Below, piece after piece: positions 47,680 to 60,400 of a DNA stretch of 64,000 nucleotides. Below the pieces are notes generated by a model. That model did no database searches, was not told the origin of the DNA, and was given only the letters and a program-made list of their open reading frames with translations. Source of the stretch: Asterias rubens. Its lineage: Eukaryota. The translations under genes were made by a program, and so were the position numbers. The DNA is taken from contig NC_047082.1 of assembly GCF_902459465.1 (NCBI RefSeq), positions 6,262,001 to 6,326,000 on the forward strand, in the 5' to 3' direction. Within the stretch, counting starts at the first letter, position 1; each line of letters starts with the position of its first letter.

Positions 47680-48398
47680 TGACGTTAACGTTCATTTGGT
47701 TAGTGGACATCACCTGGTAACCACTGTTAAGTGAAGTGGTGACGTTAACGTTCATTTGGTTAGTGGACATCACCTGGTAACCACTGTTAAGTGAAGTGGT
47801 GACGTTAACGTTCATTTGGTTAGTGGACATCACCTGGTAACCACTGTTAAGTGAAGTGGTGACGTTAACGTTCATTTGGTTAGTGGACATCACCTGGTAA
47901 CCACTGTTAAGTGAAGTGGTGACGTTAACGTTCATTTGGTTAGTGGACATCACCTGGTAACCACTGTTAAGTGAAGTGGTGACGTTAACGTTTATTTGGT
48001 TAGTGGACATCACCTGGTAACCACTGTTAAGTAAAGTGGTGACGTTAACGTTCATTTGGTTAGTGGACATCACCTGGTAACCACTGTTAAGTGAAGTGGT
48101 GACGTTAACGTTCATTTGGTTAGTGGACATCACCTGGTAACCACTGTTAAGTGAAGTGGTGACGTTAACGTTCATTTGGTTAGTGGACATCACCTGGTAA
48201 CCACTGTTAAGTGAAGTGGTGACGTTAACGTTCATTTGGTTAGTGGACATCACCTGGTAACCACTGTTAAGTGAAGTGGTGACGTTAACGTTCATTTGGT
48301 TAGTGGACATCACCTGGTAACCACTGTTAAGTGAAGTGGTGACGTTAACGTTCATTTGGTAAGTGGACATCACCTGGTAACCACTGTTAAGTGAAGTG
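47680..48398. repeat. 60-bp tandem repeat, 12 near-identical copies
   Basis: Unit GACGTTAACGTTCATTTGGTTAGTGGACATCACCTGGTAACCACTGTTAAGTGAAGTGGT; three single-base variants seen. Confidence 0.97.
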
Positions 48399-49684
48399 AT
48401 TGCTTGTTAAAATTGTCACTTCCATACAAATGATGTGTGTCAAAAAAACACTACCGACAAACGGCTTTATAAAACTGGGGCGTAGGCTTAAACCCTTGGT
48501 AAATGCATTGAAATTGTGTATACAGCATTCCTAAAAAATAATGCAACAAAATATGTTTTCTGAGTGTTTTAATATAACCATCAATTTCATCGTTAATTCA
48601 GATTCGTTTTCAGTACAACAATTTTCTTTCAAGTACTCCTGTGTTGCATTTGAATTAATACATTATTTTTGAAGGCATATCAAATAAATGCATAAGCTTA
48701 TTTTATTTTTGCATAATAATATACATACAATTAAAGAAAACGTTCTGCACAGTGATCGAAATACTCACATGATAACTTTCAGTCAAATCAAGGATAAAGT
48801 TATGAAAACAGACAGTATGATATGTTTCATAATAATAAACTAAATACATGTATATTCTTTAAATGTTATTCATTCTTTAAAAATGCTAAAATTAAACAAA
48901 ATTAAAATTAGTCTTTTAATTTACTTCCAACAATTAAATCCACACAAAGTGTAATGCATGAGAATTGCAAGACACAGCTATTTACAAATTAATTTGTTTG
49001 ATTAAATAGTAGGCCTAAAGTCTATGTGTCCTACTTTCTAAAAGCAAAAATTAATCAATGCAAATACAGTTAGAGTCTGATAGAATGATTGTACATTCAG
49101 TTGCGTTATTCTGCTCACGCGTAGAGTTCCTGAGTTTGACCTCATTGGTATTCAGGTCAGATACAGAACATATCTCAAGAAGGGTGTGCCAAAAGCAGCA
49201 AATTATTACGCAGCTCGGATCCTAAAATATAAATCTTTGAATTGTTCATCCGAGTCAGAGTAGGCCCAACTACAAAGAAAAATGTGGATATTTATTTCAG
49301 ATTATTTTATTCAAATGTACACAAAATAAATTAAATCAGACCCTGTAGTGAGTTAAAAACAAACTGAAACAATAATTTTATTCTCAAAATTGTCAAGAAT
49401 TGTTTTGTCTAACCATTGTGCCAATTGACAAGTAACAGAGTGCACCGTTTCTGTCAGACGACGTCCCCCGATAGCAAATATACATATCCAGTTATTAAAT
49501 GAAACCAGTCGAAACAATATCATCTTCCCAAAAACTCAAATACTTTTCGGATAAATAAGACACTTTTTATTAACAATAACAAAAGTACGATCGTCTTACA
49601 AAGTAGACCACTTTCTATCATTCCTTGACCGATCGTTATGGTACCAGCTTCCACAAGGAACCAGTTGATGGGGGGGGGGGGGGT

Positions 49685-52600
49685 CTAAAGGTTTGCGTAC
49701 AAAGCGTTAACGCCCAAATACATCTGTAAGGCCTCGTATATAAACTCGTACTGCTCCTGAACGAAACGAAAAAGAGAGAAAAGAAAAAATAATACCCTGA
49801 ACTAGAGGTACATATACAATTTTTGTTTACTACAAAAACAAGGTGTTCGTGGTGAGTGAGTGAATGAATTGGTGACAACATTTTACCTCATCAATCCAAT
49901 GACTGGTTACGGAGTTATGATTTTTTTACAAATTAAACACCAACTTCCGGTTTGCATTGGAGAAAAGGTCAAATAGGGGTTACTTTTTATGTAGCGCGTG
50001 ATAAGTTTATTAAGACCTTTTAAATGATGGATGGGTTGTAAAAATCCAATATTTGGTTTAGAAGTTATGGTTTGTTCAAATATAAAGTTTCAACTTCCGT
50101 TTTGAACCGGAAGGTACTGTCAAATGAGGTCACACTTGGTAGCGTTGGTGATGTCTTTTGAGTTCTATCTTTTGACGTATAGATGATAAAAATCAAATCA
50201 TGTGGTTTAGGATTTTTTTATTTTTCAAACATTATATATCAATTTCCAACTTTAACTGGAAGTCAAGGTCAAACAGGGTCGCATATTGTATAGCACGTGA
50301 TAAGTCTATTAAGACCTTTCAGATGATGCATAGATTGAAAAAATCCAATGTATGGTTCAGATGTTATGATTTTTTTTCAAATATTAAACATCCGGTTTGA
50401 ACCGGAAGACAATTTTGTCAGGTCACAAATTATAGCGTTAGTAATGTTTTTCAAAGCCTTATCTGACGACGTTCAGATAATAAACAACTAATTTCTGGTT
50501 CTGGGGTAATATTTTTTCAAATAATTAACTGCATCTTCCTGTTTAACTGGAGGTCAAGGTTTAATAGTCAATGTTGTGTATCGTTTCTTAAGTTGTTACA
50601 TACCTACCCAATGACGTATAAATATATAAAAAATCAAATGTGTGGTTGTGAAATTATTTTTCTTTGACCAATTATTTTCAACCTCTGGTTTGAACAAGAA
50701 GCCAAGTTTAAACTGATTTCATTTGTGTAGATCCTGACTAGTTCATTAAAACCTTTCAGCTGATGTATGACTTGTAAACATTTTATAATTATGTGATGGA
50801 CTATCTGAAGGTGTATAATGTATCTTATAACATCAATGCATATGTATTCCTACTTGTAGTTTTGGTGCGAGACGTTGTTCATTATTACTCAACTACTGCG
50901 ATTCACCGCGATTCACTCAGCGCTCGATGTTACTAAAAACGTTACAGCGCCCTCTTTCGCTGGACTAAAGAGAGCACTTTTGGGAATTCCCGCGCTTGCA
51001 CTGCATAGCGTACATAGCGTGCGTTGTTGATCAAAATGGGGTAAACGCGTGGGTCAACAGGTGCTTTGACGTCCCTTTTCGACTGATGTAAACGTCCAAA
51101 TTTTGTTATTTCTGTGCAAAAGATTGAGCGGGATTGTTGTTTTACAATCTGAAACAAAAATTACGTTGAAATGATCAGTAGTTTTAAAAACATGAATACG
51201 ATAAGATTTTATGAAATTTTCAAATTTTGTTTTGCACTAGAAGTATTAAAAATATTTTACGTGTTCTGTGAAGCATTTGTCCAACTTTTAATGATCTATC
51301 CGATGATGTGTAGATTGTCAAAATCCGATTCATAGTTTTTGAGTTATGATTTTTACAAATATTAAACTTTGATCTAACGTAATTCAATTCCCGATGACGT
51401 CATAATGACGTAATTAAGTATGTGTTGTCTTGATACTGAGGTTCAACTATCTGTTGAGTTTCAACATTCCATTCAATCTCAATCTTGAGTTATTCCGTAG
51501 AAAAGCTCGAAAGTTGTTTTTTGACGAAAAAAACCCGAAGGTGAACTTCGACCCAGGGTAACGACCCGGATGCTAAGGTCGTACGATTTTGGCGTTAACT
51601 TTTCAAATGTTGCCCCAGTCTTGGTCTATGAGATGCGAAAACCTTGAACATCATAGCTTTCATATTCGTTGAGACTTTAAAAACCCTGTAATTTGACACC
51701 TAATGACGTCATCATGACGTAATGAAAACTGTGCCGTCTTCGTATTGAGGTTCAATTGTCTGGTGAGTTTCAAGGTTCAGTTTGGCTTGAATCTTGAGTT
51801 ATGCTGTAGATAAGAGTTGACGGGAAGAAGAAGGAAGATGGAGAAGAGAAAAAAAACAGAGCAATAACAATAGGTGTTCGTGCATCAGCACGAACACCTA
51901 AAAAAGAATATTTCCATCAGACTGTGCACACTTTTTGATAATGAGTTTACATGCATTGACCTTATCTAGAAAATATGGGTACTGTTGCCTTTTGAGATCA
52001 TGTAGCCTGCTCGGATCAGGCTGACACACCCGCTTTAAGAACAATCTTAGCTCAGTGTATAATTTGTGTTTTGCTGTTTAGCAGAAAATGTTGCTTAATT
52101 ACTTACTGCTAAGCCGCAAATACAGGGATACCAGTTAAGAGGGTACATATGCAAAAACTGAACTTTGGGAGGTAACCATTTTCCGATAAGCAAAATTGGC
52201 CAATGGTGTCCGTAGGCTGCCAGATGCGTTTGAGGAACAGAGACTGGCCGCATATGGAAAACTCGGCTGCCAAAGTATACCAGAGTAAACTCGGCATAAT
52301 GTCCTAACGGTTAAGTCAGCTTATCTATAAGTACACTCAAAGCACACTCTGCTCCCCTAAGATGCAATGTTCGAATGGTAAACTCAGCTTACATGTGACT
52401 GCACCAATTTATGCAGTACACTTTGCTCGTCATGATGCAATGTTCGAATGGTAAACTCAGCTTACCTGTGACTGCACCAATCCATGAAGTACACTTTGCT
52501 CGTCATGATGCAATGTCCTAATGGTAAAGTCAGCTTACCTGTGACTGCACCAATCGATAAAGTACATTTTGCAATAATGAGACGATGCCCCAATGGTAAG

Positions 52601-55600
52601 TCAGCTTACCTGTGACTGCACCAATCGATGAAGTACACTTTGCCATATGAGACGATGCCCCAATGGTAAAGTCAGCTTACCTGTGACTGCACCAATCCAT
52701 GAAGTACACTTTGCCATATGAGACGATGCCCCAATAGTAAAGTCAACTTACCTGTGACTGCACCACTCCATGAAGTACACTTTGCCATATGAGACGATGC
52801 CCCAATAGTAAAGTCAACTTACCTGTGACTGCACCAATCCATGACAAGAGACTCTGAGTTTCTGGACTGTCTGGAAGACATCCACTTTATTTTCAACTTC
52901 TAGTCTCTCTATGACGTTAAGGAGGGCACAGAATGTTCCACTGACGCCCTCACCATCACTGTTAAGAACAAAACCATTACATCATTCGAAAGAGGTGTAC
53001 ACAGATGATTGGGGTTTTCTAAAACGCAAATAAAACTATCAGCCTCTATCTTATTCTTACTGTAAATTTTATTGTGTTTTCTTTTCTGATTAAATCTGGA
53101 TCATGAATAAGAAGTTACTGTTTATTTTCAATTGGAACTTTACGAACCAATAACAATTAGGATTACAAGTTGTTGCTTTGATTCCGAATATATCAATAAA
53201 AGGATTGGACTGATGTGATCGACGTTTAAAGGAGGTGATGTGGTTGAAAAATAGTTGAAAAATTAACAAGTTACTCTCTCAGCCCACCACATTTTCCCAA
53301 ATTCATTTTTATGGGTTCTTGTAGTATGCATTACATTTGTAAAAGAAAGGACACAAAATCTCTAATATGTTTGAAACTTAACGAGTTGTTGGATTGTGTT
53401 TTTCTTTAAAACTAGCGGAAGAAAATGACCAAACATCATACATGCACTGAATTGTAATTCGGTCATCCTTATGCTCGAGTTGCCACTCTTTAACGGCTGT
53501 AACCAATTCCACGATGGATTTGGGTGATGATGGTATTCCACCTACGGGCCAGTTCAGGAGTTGAAGGTGGCAAATCAGACGGGATTCCTGTGTATCAATG
53601 GCAAGAATGAAACCAAATCTTAAAAACTTCTGCAATTAGAAAGTCAGTCAGTGCAAACACACTGTATCCTGTTTGTGTAATGTGTATATGCCGTTGTAGC
53701 CATGCCTCAAATGATTCATGTAACATTAGTTTCAGTAGGTATAACAGTTCTGCCATTTAAGCAAGCACAGACCTGTAGTGAACTCGTTTTCTTTCTAAAA
53801 AACAACTTTTTGCACTGATATGAACATTAATTTGTACAGTTAACAGTGGAAAATCTTAAAAACTATTGGAAACTTTCGAAGGGACACTTAGCCTTGCTCA
53901 AGGCAATCGCATTGTTCAGTCCGAAAAAAAACCGCCGTAAACCCACAAAATACACACTCTGCGTAATTGAGTACCGCATCGCACGACCCACCCGCATACA
54001 GAGGCGTGGCGCAAATAAAATAAAATTAAACAAAGATAATTCAAACAAATCCATTGCCTTGCTCGAGGCTAGACAAGGCAAAATGCAACAGCGAGAGGCC
54101 TTTAATTCCATTGCCTTGCTCGAAGCTAAACAAGGCAAAATGCAACAGCGAGAGGCCTTTAATTCCAGTGTTTTTTAAGTAATTATTCAAACCGTATAAT
54201 TTGTATATCCAAGCATGGTACGCTGTGGGAGTACATTTTCCAGGGAAGTTTTAAAAGCCACCACTTCTTACTCCATGTCTGAATAAGTGGCTACGACTTG
54301 GTCGTTTAACCTGCACATCACAAAATTAGGTACCCCTTATAATTAGTAACATCATCGGCAACAGCCAGAACCACAGTGATAAACTCTTACAGTATTAAGC
54401 CATAACTGAAGTACTGGCTGCGGCTATGGCTTCATCTTTATCTGAGCATGTGATTGAGCATAGGATTCATACAGCAACCCCATTTGCAACAGCCACAGCC
54501 GCAGTGACCAGTTGAGACAGCCTTAAGCCATATCTTAAGTAGAGGTTGAGGCTACCGCTTAATCTTTACCTGAGCATACACTGAAGCTAGGATACCCATA
54601 GCAACACCACTAGCGACAGCCACATCCGCAGTGACCAGTTGAGACAGCCTTAAGCCATATCTTAAGTAGAGGTTGAGGCTACCGCTTAATCTTTACCTGA
54701 GCATACACTGAAGCTAGGATACCCATAGCAACACCATTAGCAACAGCCACATCCGCAGTGACCAGTTGAGACAGCCTTAAGCCATATCTTATTAAATAGA
54801 GGTTGCGGCTACCGCTCAATCATTACCTGAACATGCACTAAAGCATAAGATACCCATAACAACACCATTAGCAACAGCCAAAGTCGCAGCCGCAGTAACT
54901 TATCTAGACAGCCTTGGTTTGACACAATGCACGGTTTTAAAGAATTATTCTAGCTTGATACCTGATTATCCTTGTTGGCCAGGTATAGGTAGCGTATGAT
55001 GATGTTTGGTCCCACTTTATCGGTAGACTGTAGAGTAACTGTCAGATTGCCATATGATGCAGAGTCTCTCTCTGGCCAATACTTGACACACGTATGTGGG
55101 AAGGAAAACAAGTAGAGATAATGATTAAGATATAAACATGCGCAAAACAAATGAGTTTTTAAAAGTAAAAATGTTCTTATAAAATACAGTAGACTTTCGA
55201 AATTAATTTTCCAAGCAACACTTTTATGATCCAGTAATCCATCATTTCATATTGATCAGCCTTTGTCACCACTTTGGTCCTAATGGTTCACAGCCACCTA
55301 CTTTTTCTGGATCATTCCCTTAATCCCTTTACCCTCTGTTATTTTTCTATAAATGGATATGTATTTGTTCGTACTTATTTATGCCATTATTATGAGTAGG
55401 GTAGATGGCCTTAGCTTTCGGTCCAAACCAGGGTTTGGTCTGAGTCTCTCCCACACATTGTAGCCCACATCTCTTACATGGTATGACATAAACTACTTTG
55501 GGTGTGCTACATTGGGAGTCGGTATTAAATGTAGATATTTTTAATGATCAAATTAATTTCAATTTGTTTTTAAGTACAACTACTTCTACTCACGTGGTCT

Positions 55601-57397
55601 TTTTTCTCTAGTGTATTCAACATGACGATACAAGTTGACTTGTAGTCATATACCATTCTCCACATGTCACTGATGGTGTGGGATAAGGGCATTGAGGTAG
55701 TAACGTACTGTCCCTTGTAGCTAGGACTCTTTCAAATTGGAAGACAAAGTTGTTACGATTCAAGCCCAGCTTTTACGGAGAGTGTATCATTGTTTTCCAA
55801 AAAAAATACAAACATTATTAATTTCAGATGTGAACATTTCTCTGAGGATTGGTTCCGGTATGCTTTTTAAAACCAGTCAGCTTTCATATGAAAATAAAAC
55901 TGTGGAGAATTGCTACTGGTATGACTTTTCAGTGACCTTGAAGATCGAAATATTTCTCTAGTGGTTGAGTTTTTAAGAAGGAACAACAAAAATCACCCAA
56001 GTATGTTACCTACATTGAGGAAGCAGGCATTGATGTGGTTGTTGTATCCATGTTTTCCTGATGTCATCAACTGAGGTCGGTACAGATCAACTTAAAAAAT
56101 ATAAAGTTGATGACATTAATTTCACCGTTTGGTGCTTCACTAGATCCTTCAGTGAGGCCTACATATATCATGCCTTGAGCTGGTTCAACCAAGCTTTAAA
56201 TTGGTGACAGTGTGGTTGAAAAAGATATCCCGCCACCCTGGCGTAGGTTTTATAGCAACACCTTTTAAAGTGTTAATAAATACTGCTGGGAGAATAACTT
56301 TAGTTTGTTTCAGTTTGGTAGATAAAGAAAGCTGCTTTGCTATTATAAACAGCACAACCTTTCCTTGAGAGGTCACTATAAAATGAATCAAACCTCACCT
56401 GGTAGTTTGCCTGGAAATCTATTTTTCTTAACGTTGTCTGGTAGCCAACCTCCTTTAAATATGTCAGGGTTCGGAATGTTGGTGACCAAGTTTAGATTCT
56501 GTATCAAGACAACCAGAATGATTCGGTTATTATGTAATGCATCTTACCACATGACTATTAGAGATGGGTTTGTTGGAAAAACTGTGCAGCACTTTCTCTT
56601 AAAATTTTGCGCCTCGATTGACGCCACGAACAGCACCCTCTCGGCTCGGGGTCTACTCTCAAATTTGTAAATAAGATAAAAAAAATTTTTAGAACCGTAG
56701 TTAACAGTTCATACACAAACCACTCATCAAAACACAAATATTCGTGACAAGCGCTTTATTTTGACAAAATACCACTTCCAGGTGACTTTACAATTGTGCA
56801 AGCATACATCAATGCATCATGGCATTTCGTGAATTTCCTATTAGCCAAATTAAATCTCTGAACATCCTCTCTTTGTATAGTGGTTTTACTGTGACTTTAA
56901 TCGGTCATTTACGTAAATGGATTATAAGCATTCTTGAAGTTTCCCCAGACAACTGTTATGCCCAGGCTACTGGGGTGGTAGCCAATTCTCAAACGGGAAC
57001 TGGCCTCATTTTGTGGTTTTAAGACAGATGATAATATGATCAGGGCTCCGTGAAGTTGGAGGTTCGGTTTGAGTACTTATACCAGTTTTTGACTGTTATT
57101 CCAAGGGCTTGCTCCACTAGTAGGAATCCCCTAAACACTGTGCCACCCATTGTCATCGCTTCGACAACCTCTAGACCCCGGTTCCTACTTCCTGCAAATG
57201 CGAATGTTGACGTCACAGGGCCGTGTTTGTAGCGAATGTTTCGCAGGAATTGAGCACAATTCAACTGCTTCGAATTATTCGTTGCGAATTTGTGACGTCT
57301 TAATGCTACTCTCACACTTGGACGAATATTCTTGCGGATATGAATATTTGAAATTCGCGATGATTTCGCCCGAAAGTTGCGATTTGATAGTGAATAT

Positions 57398-57489
<92 letters not shown>

Positions 57490-60400
57490 GACTTGTAATG
57501 CGCACATATCCACCCTGCTTGGTGTTCAAGGCGTGTTCTTGGTCGTCCTTAAACCTCTCCTTACTAATATCTAACACATAATACCAATGCTTACAAAAGT
57601 CGACGGCGAATGACGTCTTCGCAACATTCGGTGAAATTTAGAAACCGGTTTCTAAATTGACCGATCTTTGTAAGGAGGTGGGTAATAATTTGTGAACGTT
57701 CCGAATTTGTTACCCACGCTTAGGAAGACACGGCGAATGTTGCGAAGTGTGAGCGATTGTCAAATATTTCCTTCCGTTAGCATATTCGCCGTGTGAGAAC
57801 AGCATAAATTGAGGGGGCGAACGACTTGTGAATGTAGTGAATATGTTACCAACGCTTATGAAGACACGGCGAATGTTGCCAAGTTTGAGCGATTGTTAAA
57901 TATTTCCATTCGCTAGCATATTCTCCGAGTGAGTTGAGGGCAACTCAATTCAGTGCGAGTTTCGTTGCGAATATGTGACGTCAACATTCGTATCGCATTC
58001 GCAGGAAGTATTGCTACTCTCACACTAGGGAAAATAAGCTAGCGATTGGACTTACAAAATGGAACTATTTGACATTCGCTCAAACTTCGCAACATTCGTC
58101 GTGTTTCGTAAGCATTGGTAACAATTTCGGAACGTTCACTAGTCATTCTTTACCTCTTTTCGAAGATCACTCAATCAAAATGTGGCAAATATTCTTGCGA
58201 ATAAAATTGTTTACATTCGCGGTGAATTCGCCAAACAATTGCGATTGGGTGGTGAATATTTTCATCTTGGTCACCCCTCGGTCGTCCCTCGACCTCTCCT
58301 TAACAATATATGACCAATGCTTGACAATGCTAGCCAATGCCTTACAAATAGGCAACGAACGTTGCGCACGTCGCGACTGAGCTTACCAACAATTTCAAAC
58401 AAGTAAAGCCAATGTCTTACCATCGTTGCCAATGTCTTGCTATTTTCTGACTAATTTCCGAACAATGGATTACGCGGCCGCGATTGCTATAAGTACAGGG
58501 GCAAATCTCGCTCTGGCCCGCGAAGGTTACAGACGTCTTACAGGTGCCTTTACGAACGTTGCCAACGCTCACGCATGCTTACAGACGTCAACAATGGCTT
58601 ACCAATGCTAACGAATGTCAAGGCGAATGACCGTCTTCACAACATTCGCTGAAATTAACAAACCGGTTTGTAAATTGACCGATCTTCGTAAGGAGATGGG
58701 GCGTGAACGAAGACACGGCGAATGTTGCAAAGTATGAGCGATTGTCAAATATTTTCATTCGTAAGCACATTCACTCTAATATTATTCGCAACAGTTTGAA
58801 ACAGCATTGGGAAGCGCTTTTTAATTTCAGCGAATGTTGCGAAGACAGTCATTCGCCGTAGATTTTAGTAAGCATTGGTAGCCATTAGTAACGTTGGTAA
58901 AGCGTGCGTAAGCGTTGGCAACTTTCGTAAGCTATTGTAAGGCATTGGCAATCATTGGCTAGCATTGTTAAGCATTCGTAAAAAATCGTAACATATTGGT
59001 ACGGACAGGTCATGGGGTGACCGAGGGCGACGTGAAAATATTCACTATCAATTCGCAAATTTTGGGCGAATTCACCGCGAATTTCAAATATCCATATTCG
59101 CAAGAATCTTCGCCCAAGTGTGAGAGAAGCATATGAACCGGGCTTTGCACGTAAATATGATTCACATTCGCATTCGCATGATGTTGAACCGGGCTTTACT
59201 TTGAATGCACATTGACGCCAACAGTACTCGGCACTATAGACCCACATACATCTTGCAGTTAACACAAACTAGTGTAAAATCTCGCTCAGCATAATGAGCG
59301 TTTCTTGCAAGCAGTCAAGTGCATTGGACTATAATGTGTAATACCAATTAGTGATAATAATATGAGGTGCTTTGAGGGGTCTACTTTGGCTAAAAAGCGC
59401 ACAACAACGTCACATGGTTTTATTACAGAACCACATTATCATGACTCACCTCATAATCAAACAGAAACCCATTGCCTTTTTTGTATGTTTCCTTCTTCTT
59501 TTTGCTGACATAATCGTCGAACTCTGACAAGAGAATCGGGATAGGAGCAGTAAACTGTTTCTTCTTAACCAAGATCTTCGGTCTGGCTGGTGCAGTGGCT
59601 GATGCCGTGGCTGGTGAAGTGGCTGGTGAATTGGCTGGTGCCGTGGCTTGTGAAGTGGCTGGTGAATTGGCTGGTGCCGTAGCTGGTGTGGTGGCTGGTG
59701 CAGTGGCTGGTGAAGTGGCTGGTGAAATGGCTGGTGCCGTGGCTCGTGCAGTGCTCATTGTGGTATCAGCAATAACGTCATAGGTAACATCACTCGTTGG
59801 ATGTTCTAGTCCTGAAGAAAGGTTGTCATTGCTTAATACTCGCATCCCTGCTGTAACAACAATTACTGTGAAGATTTCAACAAAAAGCATGTACAGAAAT
59901 TGTGTATAATATTTGTACTATTTGATCAAACTTGTATAGTTTATGGATCAAAGTTTTTCGCAACGATGCCAACAACAACATAATGTTTAAAAGGGTCAAT
60001 AGTTTAATAGAACATCCAACATTTGAATCGTGTTAATAGTAGAAAATGCAAGGCTTACCATTTGAATGTTACCGGGGGGTGACAATCATTGCTGGAATAA
60101 GGGTATGTAACTAAGATCAAAACGTTAAGATGTAAAAGTGATGACGTTCCAACTTTTAAAGGCAGTGGACGCTATTGGTCATTACTCAAAATAATGATGG
60201 CATAAAACCTTAACTGTTGACGAGTAATGGGGAGAGGTTGATGGAATAAAACATTGTGAGAAACGGCTCCCTCTGAAGTGCCATAGTTTTAGAGAAAGAC
60301 GTAATTTTCCACGAATTTGATTTCGAGACCTCACATTTAGAACTTGAGGTCTCGAAATCAATCACCTAAACGCACACAACTTCGTGTGACAATGGTGTTT

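Noticed and set aside
47603-48373. 256-aa repetitive ORF as a real gene
   Set aside because: A 60-bp unit easily leaves one of six frames open; no signal peptide, unique domain or convincing splice sites.
56795-56835. Minus-strand HDALMYAC resembling the end of a PTP D1 domain
   Set aside because: Too short, runs straight into a MITE, and lacks a suitable acceptor and the EQY motif; cannot be claimed as a D1 remnant.
57040-57581. Poly-Leu, poly-Ile and poly-Asn ORFs
   Set aside because: Readouts of the (AAT)29 microsatellite.
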